The position numbers were made by a program, and so were the translations under genes. Below are positions 28,666 through 38,388 of a stretch of 50,403 bases of DNA, one piece after another. The stretch spans positions 1 through 50,403 of the forward strand of contig CAYNYY010000003.1 in NCBI GenBank assembly GCA_964401625.1. Reading direction: 5' to 3'. How positions within the stretch are numbered: position 1 is the stretch's first letter; each line of letters starts with the position of its first letter. The notes beneath the pieces are model-generated. The model was given only the letters and a program-made list of their open reading frames with translations. It made no database searches and was not told where the DNA came from. This DNA is from an uncultured Candidatus Saccharibacteria bacterium (GTDB lineage: Bacteria > Patescibacteriota > Minisyncoccia > Phycocordibacterales > UBA9973).

Positions 28666-29076
28666 ATGGCAGAAAAAAAATCAACAAAAGAATATATCAG
28701 AGCTATTGGACGTCGTAAAACTGCCACTGCAGTCGTTAAACTTTATAAATCTACTAAGACATCATATTTGATTAATGGTAAAGAAATAGATATTTATTTT
28801 CCAACAATTGAATTAAAAAAAGTTGTTACTTCAGCTTTTGAAGTAGCTAATTCTACACAAAAATTCAAAGTGGTTATTACGACTAAAGGTAGTGGAATAC
28901 ATTCTCAAGCTATAGCTTGCAGGCACGGTATATCAAGATGTTTAACTATTTTTGATGAAGATCTTCGTATTATTCTTAAAAAAGCTAAGATGCTTAAACG
29001 AGATCCACGTCAAAAAGAACGTCGTAAATTTGGACTTAAGAAAGCTCGTAAAGCACCACAGTGGAGTAAGAGATAA
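28666..29076 (+). CDS. rpsI: 30S ribosomal protein S9
   Basis: The GRRKTATAVVKL and GGIHSQA-like (GSGIHSQAIA) motifs are present, and the C-terminus reads RDPRQKERRKFGLKKARKAPQWSKR. Confidence 0.95.
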   Translation: MAEKKSTKEYIRAIGRRKTATAVVKLYKSTKTSYLINGKEIDIYFPTIELKKVVTSAFEVANSTQKFKVVITTKGSGIHSQAIACRHGISRCLTIFDEDLRIILKKAKMLKRDPRQKERRKFGLKKARKAPQWSKR

Positions 29077-29080
29077 TATT

Positions 29081-29115
29081 AAAAAATTCAGATTTTGTAA
29101 AAAGTCTGAATTTTT
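29081..29115 (+). terminator. Rho-independent terminator closing the ribosomal protein operon
   Basis: AAAAATTCAGATTTT / GTA / AAAA(G)TCTGAATTTTT forms a stem of about 15 bp with one bulge, followed by a T run. Confidence 0.6.
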
Positions 29116-29131
29116 GTATACTAGAGAAATT

Positions 29132-29716
29132 ATGAAAGATAAAGATGAAAAAAGAAAAATAGTTTCTAAAATAGATAATGATGATTTTACCTTTGAAGAT
29201 GATGAAGAAGATGATTTTTCATCTAATAGAAAAGATTTAGTGAAGAAGATTAGGGAAGATCTAAAAACTTGCCGAAAAGATAAAGAGGAGTATCTAACTG
29301 GCTGGCAGAGAGCTAAAGCAGATTATATCAATTTACAAAAAGAATTAGATCAAATTAGAGTTAGCAGTTCTATCTTAGCTAGGGAGAATTTCGTGCTCAA
29401 TTTATTACCAGTTATAGATAGTTTTGATATGGCTTTTGATAACAAAAAAGCTTGGGAGAAAGTTGATAAAGAATGGCGTATCGGCATAGAATATATTCAT
29501 CAACAATTCAAAACTAGCTTATTAATGTCCGGAGTTGAGCAAATTAATGAAATAAATATATCTTTTGATCCTAAAATCCATGATTCTGTAAAAATGATAA
29601 ATACAAAGAAAAAAGAACAAGATGGTATTATTGCTCAAATTATCCAAATTGGATATAGAATAAATGATCGTATCATTCGCCCTGCTCGGGTAAATGTTTA
29701 TAAATATAAAGAATAA
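29132..29716 (+). CDS. grpE: Nucleotide exchange factor GrpE
   Basis: It has the coiled-coil segment WQRAKADYINLQKE, then LLPVIDSFDMA and IIRPARVNV. The ATG at 29132 is preferred, because the upstream part of the ORF overlaps rpsI out of frame. Confidence 0.88.
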   Translation: MKDKDEKRKIVSKIDNDDFTFEDDEEDDFSSNRKDLVKKIREDLKTCRKDKEEYLTGWQRAKADYINLQKELDQIRVSSSILARENFVLNLLPVIDSFDMAFDNKKAWEKVDKEWRIGIEYIHQQFKTSLLMSGVEQINEINISFDPKIHDSVKMINTKKKEQDGIIAQIIQIGYRINDRIIRPARVNVYKYKE

Positions 29717-29729
29717 TACCTTTCTATGT

Positions 29730-30302
29730 TTATTCTTTATTCTTAAATAAAGAGAAGAATTCTTTTTCTGTTTCTTTATCTATTTTATTAGTTGCAATTA
29801 TAATCATTTCTGAGGAAAGATTTAAATCTTTTTTGATATTAGTAAAGAGATGTTCAAATGGGTACATAGAAATCCAAACAGAATTTTTAAGACAAATAAA
29901 TCCTGCTTTTTTAAGCAAATAACGTAGTGCTTCTCTTTCATTTTTTCTTTCCTCAGGTAAATCTAATATTATGATTCTCCAAAATCCATCCCATTTTATT
30001 GAGACTAAACTGGATTTATTTTTAAGAATAAGATCGTTAAGTTTTTGTTTTCCCTCATTAGTTAAACGAAAATATTGATTTCTTTCAGAACTAAATGATT
30101 CTACTAATCCATCGTTTATCAGATTTCTAATAGAACGAGTAATTGCGTAATTTGTTTTTTCTTTATTATCTTCTAAATTCTGATTATTTTTTCTAGAATT
30201 TATAAAATTTTGTACATTTTTTCTAATAAAATCTATAGGAACAGTTCTTTTATTTGAAAGAGTTCTTAAAATAATCCTTTGAATTGAAGGTTTTTTCATC
30301 AT
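29730..30302 (-). CDS. PaaX-family-like winged-HTH transcriptional regulator, divergent from dnaK
   Basis: It has a wHTH-like N-terminus (AITRSIRNLINDGLVE...YFRLTNEGKQKL). WDGFWRIIILDLPEERKNEREALRYLLKKAGFICLKNSVWIS parallels the E. coli PaaX segment WDGKWLLLL...KKQLIWQGFGALAPSLMAS. Confidence 0.6.
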   Translation of the reverse strand: MMKKPSIQRIILRTLSNKRTVPIDFIRKNVQNFINSRKNNQNLEDNKEKTNYAITRSIRNLINDGLVESFSSERNQYFRLTNEGKQKLNDLILKNKSSLVSIKWDGFWRIIILDLPEERKNEREALRYLLKKAGFICLKNSVWISMYPFEHLFTNIKKDLNLSSEMIIIATNKIDKETEKEFFSLFKNKE

Positions 30303-30309
30303 ATATCAC

Positions 30310-30338
30310 ATTTTAGCACTTTTAAAAATATTTGACAA
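30310..30338 (-). promoter_or_regulatory. Promoter of the regulator gene, TTGTCA-17-TAAAAT on the minus strand, implying a near-leaderless mRNA
   Basis: The minus-strand -35 is at 30338-30333 and the -10 at 30315-30310, and the ATG is at 30302. Confidence 0.5.
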
Positions 30339-30368
30339 GTATTTTGCGACCGCAAAATACTTGTCAAA
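30331..30368. promoter_or_regulatory. Perfect 18+2+18 palindromic operator candidate
   Basis: TTTGACAAGTATTTTGCG AC CGCAAAATACTTGTCAAA; each arm carries the -35 hexamer of one of the two divergent promoters. Confidence 0.6.
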
Positions 30369-30389
30369 ATCAATTAATAAGTATACAAT
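30361..30389 (+). promoter_or_regulatory. dnaK promoter, TTGTCA-17-TACAAT
   Basis: The -35 is at 30361-30366 and the -10 at 30384-30389, about 80 nt upstream of the dnaK ATG. Confidence 0.55.
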
Positions 30390-30472
30390 AGATGCTGACA
30401 TACTAATTGAACTGTTCAAATGGTATGTTTATTAAAAATTAATTTATTATTAATCAAATTATAAAAAATATT

Positions 30473-32410
30473 ATGAGTAAAATAATTGGTATAGATTTAG
30501 GTACAACTAATAGTGCTGTCGCAATCATAGAAGGAGGACAGCCTAAAATTATTGAGAATGTTGAAGGAGCTAGGACTACTCCTTCTGTAGTTGCAATTAC
30601 AAAGAATGGAGATAGAATGGTTGGTCTCTTAGCCAAACGTCAGGCTGTAACAAATCCAGAGAACACTGTTTATGGTATTAAGCGTTTTATTGGCCATCGG
30701 TTTGATGATCCTGAGATTCAGAAAGACGAGAAAACAATTCCATATAAAATTCAAAAAGGTCAAAATGGTGGGGTTGAGATCAAAATGGGTGATAAGTTTT
30801 TAAGACCAGAAGAAATTTCAGCAAAAATTTTAGGCAAAATTAAAGCAGATGTTGAAGCTAAGCTCGGTGAAAAAATTACAGAAGCTGTTATTACTGTCCC
30901 TGCTTATTTCAATGATGCTCAGCGTAAGGCAACTAAAGACGCAGGAGTTATTGCAGGACTTGAAGTTAAACGTATTATTAATGAACCAACGGCAGCTGCT
31001 CTAGCTTACGGTTTTAATAAGAAGAAAAATGAAAAAATCGTAGTTTATGATTTTGGAGGAGGGACATTTGATGTTTCAGTTCTGGAAGTAGGAGATGATG
31101 TTATTGAAGTTAAATCAACAGATGGTGATTCTCATATGGGGGGAGAAGATATTGATCAAAAAATTATTAAATGGATTGCCGATGAATATAAAAAAGAGTC
31201 AGGAATTGATATTACTAAGGATGTATTAGCGCTTCAACGGTTAAAAGAAGCTGCAGAAAAAACGAAACATGAACTTTCCACAACAATGGAATCGGAAATA
31301 AATATTCCATTTATAACTTCAGATGAATCTGGACCTAAGCACTTATTACTTAAAATGAATAGAGCAACCTTAGAATCTTTAGCTGAAGAATACATAACTC
31401 GTTCTATTGAAATAACTAAAAGAGCAATTGAAGCTTCTCCATTTAAAATGTCCGAAATTAATGAAATTATTTTAGTTGGAGGACAGACAAGGATGCCAGC
31501 AATTGCTGAAGCTGTTAAAAAACTTTTTGGTAAAGATCCTAATCGTTCCATCAATCCTGATGAAGTTGTAGCACTTGGTGCTGCTGTTCAAGCTGGAGTT
31601 TTACAAGGAGATGTTCGAGATGTTTTACTTCTAGATGTTATTCCTTTATCTCTTGAAATTGAAACATTAGGTGGAGTTGCGACAAAACTAATTGAACGTA
31701 ATACAACAATTCCAAGTTCTAAGTCACAAGTATTTTCAACAGCAGCTGATAATCAAACGTCGGTTGAAATTCATATCACTCAAGGAGAAAGACCTATGGC
31801 TCAAGATAATAAATCTCTTGGTCGTTTCATTCTAGATGGTATACCACCATCTCCTCGCGGAATGCCACAAATAGATGTTACTTTTGATGTTGATGCTAAT
31901 GGAATTTTAAATGTTAAAGCTAAAGATAAAGCTTCTGGAAAAGAACAATCTATTCGGATAGAAGCGAGTTCTGGTCTTTCTGAGGAAGATATTGAAAAGA
32001 TGAGGAAAGATGCTGAAACTCATACAGAGGAAGATAAGAAAAAGAAAGAATTAGTTGATATTAAGAATACAGCTGAAATGATGATATTTACAGCTGAGAA
32101 ATCAATAAAAGATTATGGAGATAAAGTTACTCCTGAAATTAAATCAGAGATAGAAAATAAAATTTCAGCTCTAAAAAAAGCTAAAGATGGAGACGATTTA
32201 GAATTAATTAGAACGGCTAATACTGATCTATCTGATGAAATATCTAAAATTGGTGAAATAATAGCTAAAGAAACCAAAGCTTCAGCTGAAAAGAAACCAG
32301 AAGATGAAAAAAAACCAGGAGAGCAAAAGGATGAAATAAAAGATGCCGAGGTCAATGAAAGTTCAGTTAATGAAGATCCAGTTGATGAGAAATCAAAAGA
32401 AGATAAATAA
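30473..32410 (+). CDS. dnaK: Chaperone DnaK (Hsp70)
   Basis: The motifs [20 protein letters not shown] and [11 protein letters not shown] are present, along with an acidic C-terminal tail. Confidence 0.98.
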   Translation: MSKIIGIDLGTTNSAVAIIEGGQPKIIENVEGARTTPSVVAITKNGDRMVGLLAKRQAVTNPENTVYGIKRFIGHRFDDPEIQKDEKTIPYKIQKGQNGGVEIKMGDKFLRPEEISAKILGKIKADVEAKLGEKITEAVITVPAYFNDAQRKATKDAGVIAGLEVKRIINEPTAAALAYGFNKKKNEKIVVYDFGGGTFDVSVLEVGDDVIEVKSTDGDSHMGGEDIDQKIIKWIADEYKKESGIDITKDVLALQRLKEAAEKTKHELSTTMESEINIPFITSDESGPKHLLLKMNRATLESLAEEYITRSIEITKRAIEASPFKMSEINEIILVGGQTRMPAIAEAVKKLFGKDPNRSINPDEVVALGAAVQAGVLQGDVRDVLLLDVIPLSLEIETLGGVATKLIERNTTIPSSKSQVFSTAADNQTSVEIHITQGERPMAQDNKSLGRFILDGIPPSPRGMPQIDVTFDVDANGILNVKAKDKASGKEQSIRIEASSGLSEEDIEKMRKDAETHTEEDKKKKELVDIKNTAEMMIFTAEKSIKDYGDKVTPEIKSEIENKISALKKAKDGDDLELIRTANTDLSDEISKIGEIIAKETKASAEKKPEDEKKPGEQKDEIKDAEVNESSVNEDPVDEKSKEDK

Positions 32411-32412
32411 CA

Positions 32413-33510
32413 ATGGCAAAAGATTATTATAAAACATTAAATCTTGACAAGAATGCCTCAAAAGATGAAATAAAGAAATCATTTCATGTTCTTGCCCATA
32501 AATATCATCCAGATAAAAATAACGGAGACGATAGTAAATTCAAAGAAGTTAATGAAGCATATCAAGTACTTTACGATGATAAAAAAAGAGCGAATTATGA
32601 TCGTTTTGGTTCTGCTGATATGAATGGTTTTTCTCAAGGAAGACAACAATCAAACTGGGGAGGTTTTTCTGGAGAACAACAATGGGATTTTTCTAATTTT
32701 TCTCAGAATGGAGAAGGCTTTGATATGGGAGATTTAGGAGATATATTTGGAGATATATTTAGAGGTGGACACAGAGGAAATAATGTTCGTCGCGGACGTG
32801 ATCTATCCGTAGAAATTAATTTATCTTTTGAAGAGTCTATTTTCGGAGTAAGTCGAGAAATAAATATCAATAAACAAACAGTTTGTGATAGTTGTAATGG
32901 AAGTGGAGCAAAAAAGGGAACAAAAATAGATTCTTGTAAAACTTGTAATGGACAAGGAAAAGTGCGTGAAATTAAGCGTTCAATTTTTGGTAATTTTTCA
33001 AGTATTAAAATTTGCGATGATTGTCATGGTTCGGGTAAAGTTCCATCTGAAAGATGTCCGGATTGTCGAGGATCTGGTATTCGTAAGAAAGAAGAGAATA
33101 TTAAATTTAAGATTCCTGCAGGAATTAATAATGATGAAATGATTAGACTGAATGGACAAGGTGAAGCTATTTCTGGTGGAACAGCTGGTGATTTATATAT
33201 AAAAGTAAAGATTACTCCACATAAGGAATATAAAAGAGATGGCCTAAATTTAACAATTAATTTATCTATAAAATTAACTGATTCACTCTTAGGAATGACC
33301 TATGAATTAAAAACCTTAGAAGGTAAAATTATAGAAGTTAAAATTCCTCAAGGTATAAAACATGGAGAACTTCTTCGGGTTAAAGGCAAAGGAGTTCCTT
33401 CAGGAAATAATAGAGGTGATATTATTATAAAGATATTGATTAATATTCCATCTAAAATATCTAAAGAAGCTAAAAAGTTAATAGAAGAACTAAAAGGAGA
33501 AGGATTTTAA
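32413..33510 (+). CDS. dnaJ: Co-chaperone DnaJ
   Basis: It has a J domain with HPD (KYHPDKN), a G/F-rich region and four CxxCxGxG zinc motifs. Confidence 0.95.
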   Translation: MAKDYYKTLNLDKNASKDEIKKSFHVLAHKYHPDKNNGDDSKFKEVNEAYQVLYDDKKRANYDRFGSADMNGFSQGRQQSNWGGFSGEQQWDFSNFSQNGEGFDMGDLGDIFGDIFRGGHRGNNVRRGRDLSVEINLSFEESIFGVSREININKQTVCDSCNGSGAKKGTKIDSCKTCNGQGKVREIKRSIFGNFSSIKICDDCHGSGKVPSERCPDCRGSGIRKKEENIKFKIPAGINNDEMIRLNGQGEAISGGTAGDLYIKVKITPHKEYKRDGLNLTINLSIKLTDSLLGMTYELKTLEGKIIEVKIPQGIKHGELLRVKGKGVPSGNNRGDIIIKILINIPSKISKEAKKLIEELKGEGF

Positions 33511-34886
33511 TTCTTAAAAATTTTAGGTCCAGTAGGGGAGTCTTTAATTTCATAACCTTGCTCTTTTATTTTATCACGTAGTTTATCACTTTTCTCCCAG
33601 TCTTTACTACTTCTTGCTTTTTCTCTTTCTGTAACTAAGACTTTAACCTCTTTAGGAATAACCTCTTTTTTCAAGTTTATTAAGCCTAATCCAAAAACTC
33701 TATCAAAATCTAGGAGGGTAGCCTTTTTGTCTTCATTAAAAATTTCCTTATCTTTTATTAAATCCCATAAAACTGTTAAAGCTCTAGGCGTATCTAAATC
33801 TTTATCCATAAATTTAATTAATTGATTCTTATAAGTTTCATTAACTTTTCCAACTCCATCTTGTGAATTAATAAAAATTTCTCTAATTTTAGAAAGAGCA
33901 GTTTCCATGCCCTTAATATTTTCTAATGTAAAATTAGTTTGCGTTCTATAATGTGAAGTATATAACCATAATCTAAAAGCAATGGGGTCAATCTTTTTTT
34001 CTATAATATCATGCAAAGTATAAAAATTATTTAAAGATTTTGACATCTTTTTTCCATTAACTAGTAAAAATTCATTGTGCATAAAATATTTTACAAACTG
34101 TTTTCCAGTAGCACACTCTGATTGGGCTATTTCATTTTCGTGGTGAGGAAACATATTATCAACACCTCCAGTATGAATATCAAAACTTTCTCCTAATTCA
34201 TTCATACTCATAGCCGAGCATTCTATATGCCAACCAGGTCGTCCTTTCGTTAGGAGAGTATTTCTATTTAAAATATTTTCTGGCTCCCAAAATACATCTC
34301 CATCATCCAAATCCCAAGCTTTCCATAAAGCAAAATCCAGAGCATTTTCCTTTTCATATTCGTCCTTCTTTAATCTTCCTTGTGCATTTTTTTTTAATTC
34401 ACTAATTTTAAAATGTGATAATTTTCCATAATTTTTATCTTTATGAATATTAAAATAAATTGAACCATCATTAGCCTTATAAGCATAACCATTCTTTATA
34501 AGTTTTTCTATTAACTCAATCATTTCTTTTATATAATTAGTGGCTTTAGTATATTTATCTGCTGGAACTATATTAAGAATTTTAATATCTTTAAAAAAAG
34601 ATTCAGTATAAAATTCTGTAAATTCAGCAAGATTTTTGTTTTGAGTCTGCGAATCACGAATAGTTTTATCATCAATATCAGTAATATTCATAATATGTTT
34701 AACTTTATAACCACGGTAAATAAGATATCTCTTCAAAATATCTCCAAATATATAAGCTCTATAATTACCAATATGGGGATAATCATATACAGTTGGTCCA
34801 CAAGTATATAATCCAACATTAGGCGGATTCAGAGGTTCAAATAATTCTAATTTTCTAGATAAACTATTAAATAATTCTAAGGCCAT
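33507..34886 (-). CDS. cysS: Cysteinyl-tRNA synthetase
   Basis: It has the class I HIGN motif (YDYPHIGNYR), KMSKS and the WHIECS zinc site. The ATG at 34886 (MALELFNSL) is preferred over the 36-codon upstream extension. Confidence 0.93.
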   Translation of the reverse strand: MALELFNSLSRKLELFEPLNPPNVGLYTCGPTVYDYPHIGNYRAYIFGDILKRYLIYRGYKVKHIMNITDIDDKTIRDSQTQNKNLAEFTEFYTESFFKDIKILNIVPADKYTKATNYIKEMIELIEKLIKNGYAYKANDGSIYFNIHKDKNYGKLSHFKISELKKNAQGRLKKDEYEKENALDFALWKAWDLDDGDVFWEPENILNRNTLLTKGRPGWHIECSAMSMNELGESFDIHTGGVDNMFPHHENEIAQSECATGKQFVKYFMHNEFLLVNGKKMSKSLNNFYTLHDIIEKKIDPIAFRLWLYTSHYRTQTNFTLENIKGMETALSKIREIFINSQDGVGKVNETYKNQLIKFMDKDLDTPRALTVLWDLIKDKEIFNEDKKATLLDFDRVFGLGLINLKKEVIPKEVKVLVTEREKARSSKDWEKSDKLRDKIKEQGYEIKDSPTGPKIFKN

Positions 34887-34944
34887 ACTGATTATTATAA
34901 CGTTAAACTTGCTTTTTTCAAAGATTTTGTGTAATATAATGCCT

Positions 34945-35271
34945 ATGGAATCAAAGGAATTTGCAGTTATACAAACTGGTGGTAAACAATACAAAGTTAT
35001 AGTTGGAGATATTTTGAAAATTGAAAAAATAAAAGGCGATTTTAAGGTGGGAGATAAGATTATTTTTGATAAAGTTCTATTGGTTGATAATGGTAAGGAT
35101 ACTACGATAGGTTCTCCTTTTATTGAGGGAGCTACAGTAGAATCGTTATTTCAGAAATCAGGTAAAGGTAAAACTATTAAAGTCGTTAAATATAAAGCTA
35201 AAAGTCGATACCTAAAAAAGAATGGTCATCGTCAGCCTTTTATAGAAGTAAAAATTTCAGCCATCAAATAA
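34945..35271 (+). CDS. rplU: 50S ribosomal protein L21
   Basis: The FAVIQTGGKQYKV signature is present. The start is at 34945, or possibly 34939. Confidence 0.9.
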   Translation: MESKEFAVIQTGGKQYKVIVGDILKIEKIKGDFKVGDKIIFDKVLLVDNGKDTTIGSPFIEGATVESLFQKSGKGKTIKVVKYKAKSRYLKKNGHRQPFIEVKISAIK

Positions 35272-35299
35272 AATCCGTAGATTTAGTATCTACGGATTT
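35271..35299. terminator. Bidirectional terminator between the convergent rplU and recR genes
   Basis: AAATCCGTAGAT / TTAGT / ATCTACGGATTT forms a perfect 12-bp stem, with A/T runs on both sides. Confidence 0.75.
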
Positions 35300-35307
35300 T
35301 ATTTGTA

Positions 35308-35922
35308 TTAAGATCTGTTTTCTAGAGCACTTTTAATTGTTTCAGAATCAGAATATTCTAATTCAGTTCCAGTTGATAGACCACGACCCAAAGATACGAT
35401 ATTAAGATCATAAGTTTTTTGAAATTGAGATAAAATTTCTCTAATATAACTATCTGTATATTCACCTTGAGGATTTATAGAAAGAGCCAAAATAATTTCT
35501 TTGAGTTCTTTATTTTTAATCCTTGCCCTTATGATATGTTTCAATTCTTCTATTCTTATGAAATTAGGTGTTTCTTTTGTTACTATGGGTATAAGACCGC
35601 CAAGAATAAAATACATTCCATCATATTTTTGACTCCTTTTAATACTTTCATAATCAGCATCTTTTTCAATAATTAAAAGAGTAGAATGGTCAGTTTTAGG
35701 ATTTGCACAAATTTCACACAAGTTTTTATTTTTTCCATAAAAGAAAAGAAAACAGGATTTACATTGTGAAATAGCGTTTTTTATATTCAAAATATCTTCA
35801 CCTAATTCCTTAACATAATTAGAGTTTTTATGAAGCAAAAAATAAACAAAACGTTTTGCTTGTCTCTCCCCGATACCAGGAAATTTTTTAAATAATTCTG
35901 TTAATTGGTCTATAGGGTTCAT
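35308..35922 (-). CDS. recR: Recombination protein RecR
   Basis: It has the HhH segment LFKKFPGIGERQAKR, a C4 zinc finger (CKSC...CEIC) and a Toprim region. Confidence 0.92.
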   Translation of the reverse strand: MNPIDQLTELFKKFPGIGERQAKRFVYFLLHKNSNYVKELGEDILNIKNAISQCKSCFLFFYGKNKNLCEICANPKTDHSTLLIIEKDADYESIKRSQKYDGMYFILGGLIPIVTKETPNFIRIEELKHIIRARIKNKELKEIILALSINPQGEYTDSYIREILSQFQKTYDLNIVSLGRGLSTGTELEYSDSETIKSALENRS

Positions 35923-35924
35923 AT

Positions 35925-37316
35925 TTAAAACTGATCAATATCGTCAGCCTCTTTTGGTGAGGCTGAAAATTGATTCAAATTAGATTTTTCAATACTCATA
36001 AATGTTGTAGTTTTTTCATCAAAATATAAACTAACTTTCCCAACTGGACCATTACGATGTTTTTCTATTAAAATCTCTGCGATATTTGTTCTTTCTGACT
36101 CTTCTTTTCCTTTATCTTCACGATGAATAAACATTACAACATCGGCATCTTGTTCAATTGATCCAGAATCACGTAAATCTGATAGCCTAGGACGACCTCC
36201 ACGAGACTCTACCGCTCGAGATAACTGAGATAGAGCTAAAACAGGTACATCAAATTCTTTTGCCAGAGCCTTTAACGATCTAGAAATCTCTGTAACTTGA
36301 TTAACCATACTATCGTAATTTTTTGAAGTAGACATTAATTGTAAATAATCAACAATAATTAAACCTAAACCATTAGAAGCTTTAATTCTACGGCAAACTG
36401 AACGCATTCGTATAATTGAATTCCCGGCTAAATCATCAACAAATATTGGAGCTCTGGATAATGAATCTAGAGAATCACGTATTTTAGAAAATTCGCTCTC
36501 CGCCGATAAATTACCAGTACGAAGATTCCAAGCATTAACATGTGATTGAGCAGCAAGCATTCTATCAACTAATTGTTGAGTACTCATCTCAAGAGAAAAA
36601 ATAACTGTCGGAATATCATTTTGCAAAGCTGTTTGCCTAGCAATATCAAGAGCGAGTGTAGTTTTACCCATTGAAGGTCGAGCAGCTAAAATAATTAAAT
36701 CGGATTTTTGAAGACCTGACAGATATTGATCTAAATCATGAAAACCAGTTGGGACACCACGTAACTCACCTTTATTTTCATGTAATCTTTCTAATCGTTC
36801 CCAGGCTTCAGGCAAACTATCTTTAAGAGAAGTAAATATATGATCGCCTAAATTTGTATCAATACCAAGCATCCTTTTTTCTGCCTTATCAAGTATATCA
36901 AATACATCGTCAATTTCACCTTCAAATCCAAGTTCAGAAATATCTACCCCAGCATTAATAATTTTTCGGAGTATATTTTTTTTATTTACAATGTCAGCAT
37001 AATGTTTAATATTAGTTGAAGCGGGAACAGAATTAGTAAGTTCGCTTAAATAACTACTTCCACCGATTGATTTAAGTAATTGTTTTTCTTCAAGTTTTTG
37101 AGAAACAGAAATTAAATCAATCGGATCACCCTTAGTAGAAAGTTCTACCATTATTTGATAGATTTTAGAATGTTTATTAACATAAAAAGAATCAGCATTA
37201 ACAATATCACTTATTTCATGAATAGATCCAGGTCGTAACATTATTGATCCTAGAATTGCTTTTTCTGAATCTATACTTTGTGGTGGAATACGAAAATTTG
37301 TTTTTTTATTCGTCAT
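35925..37316 (-). CDS. dnaB: Replicative DNA helicase DnaB
   Basis: It has PPQSIDSEKAILGS, an intact Walker A (ARPSMGKTTLAL), Walker B (IIVDYLQLM) and SQLSR. The ATG at 37316 is preferred. Confidence 0.93.
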   Translation of the reverse strand: MTNKKTNFRIPPQSIDSEKAILGSIMLRPGSIHEISDIVNADSFYVNKHSKIYQIMVELSTKGDPIDLISVSQKLEEKQLLKSIGGSSYLSELTNSVPASTNIKHYADIVNKKNILRKIINAGVDISELGFEGEIDDVFDILDKAEKRMLGIDTNLGDHIFTSLKDSLPEAWERLERLHENKGELRGVPTGFHDLDQYLSGLQKSDLIILAARPSMGKTTLALDIARQTALQNDIPTVIFSLEMSTQQLVDRMLAAQSHVNAWNLRTGNLSAESEFSKIRDSLDSLSRAPIFVDDLAGNSIIRMRSVCRRIKASNGLGLIIVDYLQLMSTSKNYDSMVNQVTEISRSLKALAKEFDVPVLALSQLSRAVESRGGRPRLSDLRDSGSIEQDADVVMFIHREDKGKEESERTNIAEILIEKHRNGPVGKVSLYFDEKTTTFMSIEKSNLNQFSASPKEADDIDQF

Positions 37317-37410
37317 ATTCAACCATTGTAACATAATAAGAGAAACTCGTATCTCTATAGAAATGGGGATAAAATGTGCAAAACTATTCGTATTTTGTTA
37401 TTATATATAT

Positions 37411-38388
37411 ATGAAAAAACGATTACTTTCAGGAATACAACCCTCAGGAGAAATACATATAGGAAATTATTTTGGAGCTATAAAACAATTTGTAGACCTT
37501 CAAGATAAATATGAATCTTTTATTTTTATAGCTGACCTACACGCTATTACAACAATTCAAGATAAAGAAATTCTTTCTAAAAATATCTTAAATGTGGTTA
37601 TGGATTATTTAGCTTGTGGTTTAGACCCAGAGAAAGTTTGCCTATTCAAACAATCAGATATACCTGAAGTTACTGAATTAACTTGGTATTTTAATTGTAT
37701 CACAACAGTACCTTTCTTAGAAAGAGCTACAGCTTATAAAGATGCTAATCAAAAAGCTAAAGAAATTAATGTTGGTCTTTTTGACTATCCTGTCTTAATG
37801 GCCTCAGATATTTTAATTCAAGATGCTGATATAGTACCAGTAGGCCAAGATCAAAAACAACATATAGAATATGCCAGAGATATTGCTAAAAAATTTAACA
37901 ACGTCTTTGGTGAAGTTTTTAAATTACCAGAGGCTTTAATTCTTAAAGAGGTTTCTATTGTACCAGGTGTAGATGGAAGGAAAATGAGTAAAAGTTATAA
38001 CAATAGTATTCCTTTATTTGGGTCAAATGAAGATATAAAAAAAATGGTCATGAAAATAGTAACCGATTCTAAAACTCCAGAAGAAAAAAAAGATCCTGAT
38101 TCTTGTAATATTTTCGCTTTACATAAATTATTTTTGAATGGTGAAGAATTAGAAAACTTAAGAAATAGATATATAAATGGTGGATTAGGGTATAAAGAAT
38201 CAAAAGAAATGCTTTTATCAGAAATTATTACTTTCATTTCTCCAATGAGAGAAAAGAGGGAAATTTATGAAAACAATCCATCTTTAGTAGTTGATATTTT
38301 AAAGAAGGGAGCCCTAAAAGTTAAAATTCAGGCTCAAGAAAAAATAAAGCTTGTCCGCGATAAAATAGGTGTCAACATACGGATATGA
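37411..38388 (+). CDS. trpS: Tryptophanyl-tRNA synthetase
   Basis: It has SGIQPSGEIHIGNY (the HIGH motif), GQDQKQH and KMSKS. The ATG at 37411 is preferred. Confidence 0.93.
   Translation: MKKRLLSGIQPSGEIHIGNYFGAIKQFVDLQDKYESFIFIADLHAITTIQDKEILSKNILNVVMDYLACGLDPEKVCLFKQSDIPEVTELTWYFNCITTVPFLERATAYKDANQKAKEINVGLFDYPVLMASDILIQDADIVPVGQDQKQHIEYARDIAKKFNNVFGEVFKLPEALILKEVSIVPGVDGRKMSKSYNNSIPLFGSNEDIKKMVMKIVTDSKTPEEKKDPDSCNIFALHKLFLNGEELENLRNRYINGGLGYKESKEMLLSEIITFISPMREKREIYENNPSLVVDILKKGALKVKIQAQEKIKLVRDKIGVNIRI

Noticed and set aside
28952-29131. The upstream 60 codons of the grpE ORF, which overlap rpsI in another frame.
   Set aside because: The rpsI terminator (29081-29115) lies inside this stretch, and GrpE-like sequence begins only after the ATG at 29132. 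This is a spurious ORF extension. The same reasoning applies to the extensions of cysS (34887-34994), rplU (34909-34944), dnaB (37317-37334), trpS (37363-37410) and frr (11832-11891).
30313-30320. TTAGCACT, identical to the left half-site of the CIRCE heat-shock operator, just upstream of the dnaK palindrome.
   Set aside because: There is no GAGTGCTAA right half 9 nt away or anywhere nearby. A single 8-mer in AT-rich DNA overlapping a promoter spacer is not evidence for HrcA control. It could be a relic, but that cannot be supported.
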